Below are positions 38,260 to 47,353 of a stretch of DNA of 64,000 nt, one piece after another. Made by a program: the position numbers and the translations under genes. The notes beneath the pieces were generated by a model, which saw only the letters and a list, made by a program, of their open reading frames with translations, did no database searches and was not told the DNA's origin. The first letter of the stretch is position 1; each line of letters starts with the position of its first letter. The DNA comes from an uncultured Candidatus Saccharibacteria bacterium (GTDB taxonomy: Bacteria; Patescibacteriota; Dojkabacteria; SC72): positions 68,174-132,173 of the forward strand of contig CAYOME010000002.1 in NCBI GenBank assembly GCA_964405015.1, read 5' to 3'.

Positions 38260-38316
38260 GGTAGACCCTAGTCTACTGGAATGCTGTCGTGTAGGGCTAT
38301 TTCTAGTGACCTGGGT
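38260..38316 (+). repeat. Bipartite REP/REPIN-like element copy 4
   Basis: GGTAGACCCTAGTCTA-N32-GACCTGGGT. Confidence 0.85.
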
Positions 38317-38341
38317 ACATGTGGAATGTTGAAAGTAATAG

Positions 38342-38380
38342 AAAATACCCTTAAAAAGTCTTGTAAACTATTTAAGGGTA
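38342..38380 (-). terminator. Intrinsic terminator of DEAD-box gene
   Basis: TACCCTTAAA/TTTAAGGGTA stem followed by TTTT on the minus strand. Confidence 0.65.
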
Positions 38381-38417
38381 CTTCTCGTGGTTTAATATAA
38401 TCCGTAATTGCTTCCGT

Positions 38418-39644
38418 TTAAATAAACGTTAAAGCATATCCTTTTTTACCAGCTCTTCCAGTTCTACCAATTCTATGAATGTAATCATCATAGTTTTCTG
38501 GAATATCATAATTAATGACATGTGTAATATTGTTTACATCCAAACCTCTAGATGCAACATCTGTAGCAATTAATATATTAATCTGATCCTTTTTAAAAGC
38601 ATCAATGATTCTAGATCTTTGAGCCTGTCTTTTGTCACCATGTAAGGCATTAACCCTTACACCATTGTCATACAATTTCTTAGAAAGAGTTTCTGCTTCT
38701 CTCTTAGTTCTTGTAAATATTAACACCTTCTTGAAGTCATCTTTCTTAATATATTCAGAAAGAACTCCAAATTTGTTTTCACCTTCTTTTAATCTGATAA
38801 CATCTTGGTCAACATTCTTACCAGGGGCCTGTTTTTCAACTTCAATTCTTACAGGATTTTTTAGCAATGAATTCGCAATCTCTTCAGATTTCCTGTTCAT
38901 TGTTGCTGAGAAGAAAAGGGACTGTCTATCTTCGTTTAATCTAGAAGTTATATACCTTATATCGTCAATGAATCCCATATCTAACATTCTATCTACTTCA
39001 TCTAATATGACATTGTTTATATCCTTAAGGTATATAGCTCCACGATCTGAAATGTCTTTTAATCTGCCAGGGGTCGCTATTACAAATGAAGGGTCTCTTC
39101 TAAGTATTCCAATCTGTGCACCAATACTGTTACCACCTATTACTAATACAGATCTAAGACCTGTATTCCTAGCTAATTGCATAAATTCATCTTGAATTTG
39201 CATAGCTAATTCTCTAGTAGGTACTACAATCAAGAATCTTTGAGATCTATCCTGTACACCCTTGTTAATCATTGGAATTAAGAAAGCTGCAGTTTTACCT
39301 GAGCCTGTACTTGCCATTCCTAGAATATCTCTACCCTCTAAGATCTTTGGAATTGCTTCGTATTGAATCTTAGTTGGACTAGTATACTTTTTGAAAGTAA
39401 TATTCTTTTTAAGCTCTTTTACCAAATCAAACTCTAAGAGATTATGATCTAATACATAGATACTTGGAAGATCTTCGTATACAGCTTTTGCTATTAACTG
39501 ATTAACATTGATCTTACTACCTCTCCTATTATATCCACCACCTCTTCTGCTATTGCTATATGAGGAGCTTCTATATGAAGGTCTTCTTCTATTTCTATTG
39601 TAACGGTCATTTTGACCGTAATTATTTCTGGAATTGTTTTCCAT
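38418..39644 (-). CDS. DEAD-box RNA helicase
   Basis: STGSGKT, PTRELA, TPGRL, DEVD, SAT and HRIGRTGR motifs, with an Arg/Asn/Ser-rich N-terminal tail. Confidence 0.96.
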   Translation of the reverse strand: MENNSRNNYGQNDRYNRNRRRPSYRSSSYSNSRRGGGYNRRGSKINVNQLIAKAVYEDLPSIYVLDHNLLEFDLVKELKKNITFKKYTSPTKIQYEAIPKILEGRDILGMASTGSGKTAAFLIPMINKGVQDRSQRFLIVVPTRELAMQIQDEFMQLARNTGLRSVLVIGGNSIGAQIGILRRDPSFVIATPGRLKDISDRGAIYLKDINNVILDEVDRMLDMGFIDDIRYITSRLNEDRQSLFFSATMNRKSEEIANSLLKNPVRIEVEKQAPGKNVDQDVIRLKEGENKFGVLSEYIKKDDFKKVLIFTRTKREAETLSKKLYDNGVRVNALHGDKRQAQRSRIIDAFKKDQINILIATDVASRGLDVNNITHVINYDIPENYDDYIHRIGRTGRAGKKGYALTFI

Positions 39645-39781
39645 ATAAGTAAATATTTAATTTTATTTTCAGTTCATATAGAGGTAACCGAAAATAAAAA
39701 TATTTAACCTTATGGATTGGGGCGATTATTTCGTTTAAATCTACATCAAACAAGAAGCTATTATATCACAAGATTATATTT

Positions 39782-40165
39782 TTAGCTAATTGTGCCATTC
39801 TCATCACCTTCATTATCTTCCAAATCTCCAAATTCTTTGACTACTTGATCCAGAATCGTTTCTATTCTCTCTTCTTGAGTTAGAATCTGATCTTTAGTAT
39901 CTTCTTGAAGTTGGAGGTATCTTTCTGCTTGAGCCTTTAGGGTCTCAACTGGTACACCACAGCTTTTAGCGTTTTGCTCTAAAGCAAGATCTCTATCTTC
40001 TTCTTTGGTTATACCCTTTTTATACAATTCAAGTACCCTCGCAACAACAGCAATCATGTTCCTTCTTTGTTCAGTTTGATTCCTTCTTCCAACATGTAGC
40101 CCTGGCTTATCTTCGTTAGGTGTCCAGTCCTGTCTATTTTCTCCATCTGCTATATAAAATGGCAT
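39782..40165 (-). CDS. Hypothetical protein
   Basis: 127-aa ORF filling the intergenic space. Confidence 0.65.
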   Translation of the reverse strand: MPFYIADGENRQDWTPNEDKPGLHVGRRNQTEQRRNMIAVVARVLELYKKGITKEEDRDLALEQNAKSCGVPVETLKAQAERYLQLQEDTKDQILTQEERIETILDQVVKEFGDLEDNEGDENGTIS

Positions 40166-40281
40166 ATTTGTTCTTTCACTTACTTTAATAAAATATATTC
40201 TACCAGTTATTCCCTAAGAATTTGTATCTTTAATAATATGCAGTGTAATATATACAGACTTAAATCGATAGAAGTAAACAT

Positions 40282-41262
40282 ATGAAGCTAATAACTGGGG
40301 CTACAGGAAGAATAGGGTATGTATTAGTAATGGAATTAAATACCAGAAAAGAAAAAGTAAAAGTATTAGTAAGAGAAGGATCGAGTAGAGAATCTTTAAA
40401 AAACTTCAATTGTGAATATGTACAGGGAGATATATTAGACACATCAAAATGGGAAGATTCATTAGAGAATGTCGACACGATATTTCATTTGGCAGGTAAC
40501 ATTAATATTTCAAGTAAGGGAGCTGACCTTACAATGGATACTAATGTACAAGGTACTAAAAACATTGTAGATATATGTCTCAAAAAAGGTATAACCCTGG
40601 TATATACATCCTCCATACATGCTCTTTCTGCACCTGCTGATGGATCATTAATTGATGAAAATACTCCATTCTGTTTAGATACTAATGAAAGAAGGGGTTC
40701 ATATGATTGTTCTAAAGCTATGGCTACAAAGTATGTACTTGAAGCTATGAAGAAGGGTTTGAAAGCTATTATCGTGCATCCAACAGGTGTAATAGGTCCA
40801 TATGATATTAGACCATCTTTCTTTGGACAGGGAATAGTTCAATTAGTTAACTCTGATATTAAACTAAGCATAGGTGGTAAGTATGACTATGTTGATGTCA
40901 GAGATGTTGTAAATGGTATGTTGACTGCTTTAGAAAAAGAGAAGTTTGGAGAAAGATATATCCTTTCAGGAGAGGTTCTAACTATGTCAGACTATGCAAA
41001 ATATTTAAGAGAATTTTCAGGTATAAAAGGTAATACTACAATTTTAGGATATGGTATTAGTATGCTGTTAGCATATATATCAACAATTGCTCAGAAAGAA
41101 TCACAGATTACTCCATATAGTGTTAAAACATTGTATAGTAATTGTAATATATCTCATCAAAAAGCAACTGAAGAGTTAGGATATGCACCTAGATCTGTAA
41201 AAGAGTCTCTTCGTGATCAATATGAGTGGTTTAAACTAAATGGATATTTTAATGCAAAGTAG
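40282..41262 (+). CDS. NAD-dependent epimerase/dehydratase (extended SDR)
   Basis: TGATGRIG, FHLAG, TSS, YDCSK and VDVRDV motifs. Confidence 0.9.
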   Translation: MKLITGATGRIGYVLVMELNTRKEKVKVLVREGSSRESLKNFNCEYVQGDILDTSKWEDSLENVDTIFHLAGNINISSKGADLTMDTNVQGTKNIVDICLKKGITLVYTSSIHALSAPADGSLIDENTPFCLDTNERRGSYDCSKAMATKYVLEAMKKGLKAIIVHPTGVIGPYDIRPSFFGQGIVQLVNSDIKLSIGGKYDYVDVRDVVNGMLTALEKEKFGERYILSGEVLTMSDYAKYLREFSGIKGNTTILGYGISMLLAYISTIAQKESQITPYSVKTLYSNCNISHQKATEELGYAPRSVKESLRDQYEWFKLNGYFNAK

Positions 41263-41947
41263 AATAGATATTGAAGAAGCTAAAAAGTATGTAAATGAAT
41301 CAAAGGCATTCCTTTTTGATTTTGATGGTACGTTAGCTAATTTGGATCAATTAAATGTTGATGCTTTTAGAAATGTCTTTTTGGAAAAATACTCTTTAGA
41401 GTTTACAAAAGATGACTTTATGAAATATGCATCAGGAAAGGGGACCGAGAATGGTATTAAGTCTTTCCTAGAATCGCATGGTATTAATGAATACCCAATT
41501 CAAGAGCTTAAGGAGATGTACAATATAGGTAAGAAAGAGATGTTGGAAAAAAGATTGGAGGAAGAGATCTATTTAATCCCAGGTATAGGGGAATTCTTGG
41601 ATCATTTTAAGGGTAGTGGGAAGAGAAATATCATTGTAACATCATCAAGGAAAAGACATGTAGAGAATATTCTTACGCATTTTGGAATATATGATCATTT
41701 TGAAGAGGTGTTTGATAGGTATTCTGTAGTAAGGGGTAAGCCTGATCCACAGCCTTTTGAGAGAGGTTTGGAATATCTAGGTTTAGATGCTTCTGATTGT
41801 GTAGCTTTTGAAGATTCTTTCTTTGGCTTACAATCTTCTAAAGGTGCGGGTTTGTTTACTGTCGGTATATTAAATGATGGTTGGAATAATGATTTTGTTT
41901 ATGAACTTTCAGATACTGTTGTTAAAGGGTATGCTGATTTACTTTAG
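41252..41947 (+). CDS. HAD family phosphatase
   Basis: FDFDGTL, VTSS, KPDP and FEDS motifs. Confidence 0.92.
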   Translation: MQSRIDIEEAKKYVNESKAFLFDFDGTLANLDQLNVDAFRNVFLEKYSLEFTKDDFMKYASGKGTENGIKSFLESHGINEYPIQELKEMYNIGKKEMLEKRLEEEIYLIPGIGEFLDHFKGSGKRNIIVTSSRKRHVENILTHFGIYDHFEEVFDRYSVVRGKPDPQPFERGLEYLGLDASDCVAFEDSFFGLQSSKGAGLFTVGILNDGWNNDFVYELSDTVVKGYADLL

Positions 41948-41963
41948 TTTAATGTAAAAAGAT

Positions 41964-42593
41964 ATGGATAGGTTTGAGGCATTAAGAAAGGCTCAAGAGG
42001 GTACCTTAGAGAAGACTCCTTTTACACCTGAAGAGCAGTTAGAGCATGTCTCTAAGAGGGAGGAAGAAGATCTTTCGATGAGTGTTGAAGAGAAGAGGGC
42101 CAAGATTTTAAATATGATTCTTTTGATTTTAGTATTTGTTTTAATTGGTTTGTTTGTATATCTTTTCTTTACTGATCGGTTGTTGATAGGGATCGAAAAT
42201 CCCCTTTCTAAAAAAGAAGAAGTTGTAGTAACTCAGGAAAAGGAAGAGGTCTTAGCTGAGGAAGAAAGTTTAAAATTGTACAAGAATTCTAGAGAGGTTT
42301 TTGATTCTAATGGTAATGTTGTAGGTAATAAGGAGCTTTCTTTGAAAATATTTCCAGATTCTTTGAAATATGAGATGGAGATATTAGATTCGAAAGGTAG
42401 TGTTATAGTGGTTAAGGGTTTGTACGTAGAAGAGGGTAGTAAGATATTACTTTCTTTGGATGAGGGTGTATTAAATATGCAAGGTAGTTTAGAATTTTCA
42501 GTTTCTTCAGAGGATGGTACAGTTTTAGAATATACTGGTAGTGATTTCGGAGATACTTTACCTAAGGCAGGTGATAGGTATCTGTTGTATTAA
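41964..42593 (+). CDS. Single-pass membrane hypothetical protein
   Basis: One TM at about residues 48-68 and an acidic linker. Confidence 0.7.
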   Translation: MDRFEALRKAQEGTLEKTPFTPEEQLEHVSKREEEDLSMSVEEKRAKILNMILLILVFVLIGLFVYLFFTDRLLIGIENPLSKKEEVVVTQEKEEVLAEEESLKLYKNSREVFDSNGNVVGNKELSLKIFPDSLKYEMEILDSKGSVIVVKGLYVEEGSKILLSLDEGVLNMQGSLEFSVSSEDGTVLEYTGSDFGDTLPKAGDRYLLY

Positions 42594-42615
42594 TTAGTAT
42601 ATTTGTTTTTATATC

Positions 42616-43017
42616 CTACTTTTTTAATATCCTGGTAGATATGTAATATGATATTGAGGATATTGAAGCCCCTAAGAAAGTACCCCAAATCATGTCAATA
42701 AGAGTAATAATAAAAGGCCAATCTTTTAATGTTGCTAGGTTAGTTAAATCATATGTAGCATATGAAAGAAGACCTAAAAGACCACCATACATGGTTGCTT
42801 TCTTTATTGATTTTTCTTTAATAGCAGGTTTAATAGCAAAGAAAACTAATCCAAATACAAAAAGTAGATAAAAAACTATTGCGGGTAACCATTTAATATC
42901 ATCACTCATAAAGGATGATAGCTGTTTAGCATAGAAATCTTTTGATATTAAACCTAACCAAACCATATCAATAGCAAAAAAGATTGGTAGAGTTATTAGA
43001 TATATTTTAAGAAACAT
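42616..43017 (-). CDS. DUF2177 family membrane protein
   Basis: IDMVWLG and YATYDLTNLATLKDWP..DMIWG motifs. Start moved to ATG 43017. Confidence 0.88.
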   Translation of the reverse strand: MFLKIYLITLPIFFAIDMVWLGLISKDFYAKQLSSFMSDDIKWLPAIVFYLLFVFGLVFFAIKPAIKEKSIKKATMYGGLLGLLSYATYDLTNLATLKDWPFIITLIDMIWGTFLGASISSISYYISTRILKK

Positions 43018-43018
43018 A

Positions 43019-43198
43019 TTAACCAAGTAACATCTTAAATAGCTCATATACTAAATATGCTGGCCATACCATTGCTTTAAGTACACCGAGAGCACCCATC
43101 CAGAAAGATGTAGCTGTAGATATAAAATAGATTAATGCTCCTATTAATCCTAATCCATATACTGCATTACTCGATGCTCCATTGTATCCTTTTGACAT
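43019..43198 (-). CDS. Small (59 aa) membrane protein missed by the ORF track
   Basis: MSKGYNGASSNAVYGLGLIGALIYFISTATSFWMGALGVLKAMVWPAYLVYELFKMLLG. Its stop lies 1 nt before the DUF2177 ATG. Confidence 0.75.
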   Translation of the reverse strand: MSKGYNGASSNAVYGLGLIGALIYFISTATSFWMGALGVLKAMVWPAYLVYELFKMLLG

Positions 43199-43294
43199 TG
43201 TTAAATATTTTTAACTTATATATTTTAGTTTATCACTTTAAAGAAATATTGGTTAGTTTACAGACATCTATTAATATGGGAATATATTTTAATT

Positions 43295-43954
43295 ATGTTT
43301 ACCTTTATAAAAAGAGTTTTAGAGATATTGGGGCAACAATACATATTCAATGTTATATTTAACACTATTAAATTACCCTCTGCGATATTACTAATTATTG
43401 CAAATCTAATCCCTTTATTAGGTTTCCTTTTCTTGGGTTGGAATCAGTATGATATTTTAATATTGTATTGGGTGGAAAGTGTTGTAATTGGAATATACAA
43501 TTTCTTAAGAATACGTAAAGCTAAGGGGGAAGAGGAGATACCTGATAAAGTGAATAGGAGGTATTCAGTTAGTGAGGCATCTTTCTTTTTCTTCTTACAC
43601 TATGGAATCTTTATTTCTGGTCACGGATTCGCTTTAATGCAACTTGGAGCAGAGAAATCATCATTCTTTCAAGATAGGGATATTCTCGGAATATTAGCAT
43701 TCTTTGTAGCGTTAATGATTAGCCATGGTTTCTCATATTACTTTAACTATATTGGAAAAGGAGAATATTTATACAGATCGCCAGAGCGTCAAATGATTGC
43801 ACCTTATGGGAGAGTAGCTTTAATGCAAATTACCGTTGTAATAGGGGCGTTGTTATTTAAAGTATTGCCTTCTGGTACTTTCCTCCTTTTTATCTTTTTA
43901 AAGATATTTTTTGATTTGTTATTTCATGTGAGAGTTCATACACAAGAGAGTTAA
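43295..43954 (+). CDS. DUF6498-like membrane protein
   Basis: ANLIPLLG, LYWVES, FFFLHYGIF..H and PYGRV motifs. Confidence 0.75.
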   Translation: MFTFIKRVLEILGQQYIFNVIFNTIKLPSAILLIIANLIPLLGFLFLGWNQYDILILYWVESVVIGIYNFLRIRKAKGEEEIPDKVNRRYSVSEASFFFFLHYGIFISGHGFALMQLGAEKSSFFQDRDILGILAFFVALMISHGFSYYFNYIGKGEYLYRSPERQMIAPYGRVALMQITVVIGALLFKVLPSGTFLLFIFLKIFFDLLFHVRVHTQES

Positions 43955-44020
43955 TATTGTGCTTGTAAACTCTATCTTTTTTTTATATCCTTTACTAATT
44001 ACTATATATATCTAACTAAT

Positions 44021-45040
44021 ATGGAGAAACAAAGTATTGTATTAACGGGTATTAAACCAACAGGAGAACCACATATAGGGAATGCTGTTGGAGCTATATT
44101 TCCTGCAATAGAGAAAGTAAAGGAAATAGATGGTAGGTCATACTTCTTTCTTGCTGATTTACATGCACTAAATCAATTAAAGGATCCAGAATTACTTAAG
44201 ACATATACAAGAAGTGTAATAGCTTCATGGTTAACATGTGGTATTGATACACTACCAAATTCTTTCTTTTATAGACAGTCAGATATTCCATATGTAAGTG
44301 AAATGATGGTATTGCTCAATGGTATAACTCCAAAGAGTGAAATGAACTATGCTCATGCTTACAAAGCTATGACTCAGGAGAATGTTTCTAAGGGTTTAAG
44401 TCCAGAGAGTAATGTTAATATGGGTTTGTACTGTTACCCTATCCTAATGGCTGCTGATATCTTAATTATGGATACTAATGTCGTTCCGGTTGGTTCTGAT
44501 CAGATTCAACATATTGAAATTGCAAAAGTAATTGCCAAGAAGTTTAATTCAACCTATGGGAATGTATTAACTGTTCCTGAATATTCTGTACTTGAGGATG
44601 TTGCTAATATTCCTGGTATTGATGGTAGGAAGATGTCTAAATCTTACAACAATCAAATCCCTATGTTTGCTACAAAAGAACAATGGGAATCAATTATTAA
44701 AAAAATACCAACAGATTCTACACCATTAGGTGAGGGTATTAAGGGTGTAGAGGATACTACCATATTTAAAATATTCTCATCTATTGGTACTTCTGATGAA
44801 TCTGTGGAATTTAAGAAATCTCTTGAGAGTGGTGATATGGGATGGAGAGATGCTAAGGTATCGCTTTTAGATCTTTTAGAAAAAAGATTTGGGTCTTTAA
44901 GAGAGAAGTATGAATATTGGTTACATGCAGACAAAGAGGTAAATGAGATATTAGAAAAGGGTAAGGAAGAGGTATTACCTAAAGCTTTGCTAAAGGTATC
45001 TTCTCTTAAAGAGGTTATGGGTATTTCTCAGAGGGTTTAA
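44021..45040 (+). CDS. trpS: Tryptophan--tRNA ligase
   Basis: TGIKPTGEPHIGN, YPILMAADIL, VPVGSDQIQHIE and KMSKS motifs. Confidence 0.97.
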   Translation: MEKQSIVLTGIKPTGEPHIGNAVGAIFPAIEKVKEIDGRSYFFLADLHALNQLKDPELLKTYTRSVIASWLTCGIDTLPNSFFYRQSDIPYVSEMMVLLNGITPKSEMNYAHAYKAMTQENVSKGLSPESNVNMGLYCYPILMAADILIMDTNVVPVGSDQIQHIEIAKVIAKKFNSTYGNVLTVPEYSVLEDVANIPGIDGRKMSKSYNNQIPMFATKEQWESIIKKIPTDSTPLGEGIKGVEDTTIFKIFSSIGTSDESVEFKKSLESGDMGWRDAKVSLLDLLEKRFGSLREKYEYWLHADKEVNEILEKGKEEVLPKALLKVSSLKEVMGISQRV

Positions 45041-45079
45041 CTAAGAAGATATTTTTTCTTAATTTTATATATCCATACC

Positions 45080-45853
45080 ATGGATTACATCTCCAAATAT
45101 TACAGCAATGTATATGTCGAAGAGGGTCGGCTTTTTAAAGACAAAAAGCATATGACTGAATATATTCTTACTGTTGAATATATAAATAGATATATAAAGA
45201 GTGGAATGAAGATATTAGAAATAGGGGCAGGAACTGGTGCATATTCTCTTTCATATGCAAAGCAGGGGTATGAAGTTCATGCTTTGGAATATGTTAAAGA
45301 GAACTTAGATGTTTTAAAATCGAAGATAGAATCTAGTATGGATATTCATCCAGTATTAGGTGATGCTAGAGATCTTTCAATGTATGACGATGATACCTTT
45401 GATATGACTCTTTGCTTAGGCCCACTATATCATCTTGATGAAGAGGGACGAAAGAAATGTATAGATGAATGTTTTAGAGTAACTAAAAAGGGTGGTTTGA
45501 TATATATGGCATATATTTCTAACAATTTTACATTTGTTAAATGTGTTAAGAAATTTGATAAATATTTATTAAATGAAGATAAAGAGATAGGGGAGGATTT
45601 TGAATTAAAGGATAGTATGAATGTATTTACATTTATGTACCCAGAAGAGATGGAGGTATTGATTAAGGAGAAGGGTTTAGAAAAGGTTCATCATTTAACA
45701 ACGGATGGTATTACTAGTTTAATAGGGGAGAGAGTTAATTCTTTCTCAGATGAAGAGTTTGCAATTTGGATTGAGTATTTGAAATCTACGGCAGAAAAAG
45801 ATGATCAACTAGGATATGGAGAACATCTTTTGTATATTGCGAAGAAGAAATAG
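45080..45853 (+). CDS. Class I SAM-dependent methyltransferase
   Basis: ILEIGAGTGAYS, GDARDL and LGPLYHL motifs. Confidence 0.9.
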   Translation: MDYISKYYSNVYVEEGRLFKDKKHMTEYILTVEYINRYIKSGMKILEIGAGTGAYSLSYAKQGYEVHALEYVKENLDVLKSKIESSMDIHPVLGDARDLSMYDDDTFDMTLCLGPLYHLDEEGRKKCIDECFRVTKKGGLIYMAYISNNFTFVKCVKKFDKYLLNEDKEIGEDFELKDSMNVFTFMYPEEMEVLIKEKGLEKVHHLTTDGITSLIGERVNSFSDEEFAIWIEYLKSTAEKDDQLGYGEHLLYIAKKK

Positions 45854-45901
45854 CCACCAACGCAACCTCAAGTTTACATAATACAACTGTAAGTTGGTGG
45901 T
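45853..45901. promoter_or_regulatory. Putative XRE operator pair / hairpin
   Basis: CAACCTCAAGTT (45863-74) and CAACTGTAAGTTG (45884-96) lie 21 bp apart inside the inverted repeat GCCACCAAC/GTTGGTGGT. Confidence 0.5.
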
Positions 45902-45955
45902 TGCTACTTGCATTATGATAATATAATCGGACAATAAATTTAATATATTGTTCAG

Positions 45956-47314
45956 ATGAGTTTTCGTAAAAATATAGAATACCTTAGAAAAGGTAATAAT
46001 CTATCACAAGAAGATCTAGCATTTAAATTAGGAGTATCTAGACAAGCAGTCTCTAAGTGGGAATCAGGTGGTGCATATCCTGAAACAGAAAAGATGATGA
46101 AAATGTGTAGCATATTTAATTGCACATTGGATGATCTCTTAAATTCAGATTTAGAAGAAGAAAGAAAAGAAAAAGAAGGTAGATATACTTTTAGTGATAT
46201 CGTAGAGGAGTTTACGGGCTTGTTAAAGAGAACTTTTTATATGTTTGATCATATGGGTCCTAAATCTCTTTTTAAATTCTTCTTTGAGATGTTTATTCTA
46301 TTTGTACTGATCCTTATACTTCATATTCCATTTAACTATCTTTTTGAATTAGGAAACAATATCTTAATTAATATTGGTGGTACTATATCTCAACTCTTTA
46401 TCTCTTCATGGAAATTTGTGATAGAGATTGTATATATAGTTTCGGCGGTTGTTTTGTTTGTATATATATACAAAGTAAGATTCCTTGATAGGTTTGATAT
46501 TGTAAAGGAGAAAATTGAAAAGAAAGAAGTCTATGAATTTGAAGTAGAGAAGAAAGAAAATATAGAGGTTGTTAGATATGATTTTGGTATATTCTCTTTC
46601 TTTGGTAAGGTTATACTTTTCTTTATAAAATGTTTTACAATATTTGTTTCATTACCAATTGTATTCTTACTTTTTCTTTGCGTAAGTAGTTTTGTAATTG
46701 GTGGGGTATTAATCTTTAGTGGAGTGTCTTTCTTTGGATATCTTGTGGTTATACTTTCTGTAATTGGGTTTACAATTGCATTACTTAATATTCTTTACAA
46801 TTTTATTGTAAACAGGAGAAGTAATTGGAAAAGATTGTTCTATATATTCTTGATATCAATTGTTGGATTAGGATTGGGTACAGGTATTTCAGTATTAGAG
46901 TTTACAAATATGATGATCTCTTTACAGGCACCAGTAAATGTTCAGAAGAAGTATCTTGCAGAGAGTATTGATATGAGAGATGATCTAATTATTCAGAATC
47001 TTCCATATAATTCGGAATATATTATAGACAATACATTGAGTAATACTGTTAAGATTGAAGTAGGATATTACTCTACATTCTCTAATGGAGTAGATATTCA
47101 AGAAGATACTAATACTAGCGATGTATTCATATATTCTGATATTAAGGACTCTGTAAATATGAAAGATTTATACAATATCTTAGTAGGTGATTTAAGATAC
47201 AAGAGGTTATCAGACTATACAAAACTAGGCGAATTATCTGTAAAGATATATTCGAGTGAAGAGAATATTAACAAAATTAAGGAGAATGTGTTGGAAAGGG
47301 TTAATAGCTATTAA
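45956..47314 (+). CDS. XRE HTH regulator fused to multi-TM and C-terminal domains
   Basis: LRKGNNLSQEDLAFKLGVSRQAVSKWESG followed by about 5 TM segments. Confidence 0.88.
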   Translation: MSFRKNIEYLRKGNNLSQEDLAFKLGVSRQAVSKWESGGAYPETEKMMKMCSIFNCTLDDLLNSDLEEERKEKEGRYTFSDIVEEFTGLLKRTFYMFDHMGPKSLFKFFFEMFILFVLILILHIPFNYLFELGNNILINIGGTISQLFISSWKFVIEIVYIVSAVVLFVYIYKVRFLDRFDIVKEKIEKKEVYEFEVEKKENIEVVRYDFGIFSFFGKVILFFIKCFTIFVSLPIVFLLFLCVSSFVIGGVLIFSGVSFFGYLVVILSVIGFTIALLNILYNFIVNRRSNWKRLFYIFLISIVGLGLGTGISVLEFTNMMISLQAPVNVQKKYLAESIDMRDDLIIQNLPYNSEYIIDNTLSNTVKIEVGYYSTFSNGVDIQEDTNTSDVFIYSDIKDSVNMKDLYNILVGDLRYKRLSDYTKLGELSVKIYSSEENINKIKENVLERVNSY

Positions 47315-47353
47315 AAGATATTTACTAATAGGGGTGGGTAGGTAGTTGAAATA

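Noticed and set aside
21340-38316. Bipartite repeat with 32-33 nt spacer read as CRISPR repeat-spacer units
   Set aside because: Copies are solitary, the two boxes are inverted rather than direct, spacers of copies 2-4 keep residual similarity (TAGAA/TGGAA start), and there are no cas genes.
40282-41262. SDR epimerase as the missing rmlB
   Set aside because: It lacks RmlB signatures (GGAGFIG, HVDRS, STDEVYG).
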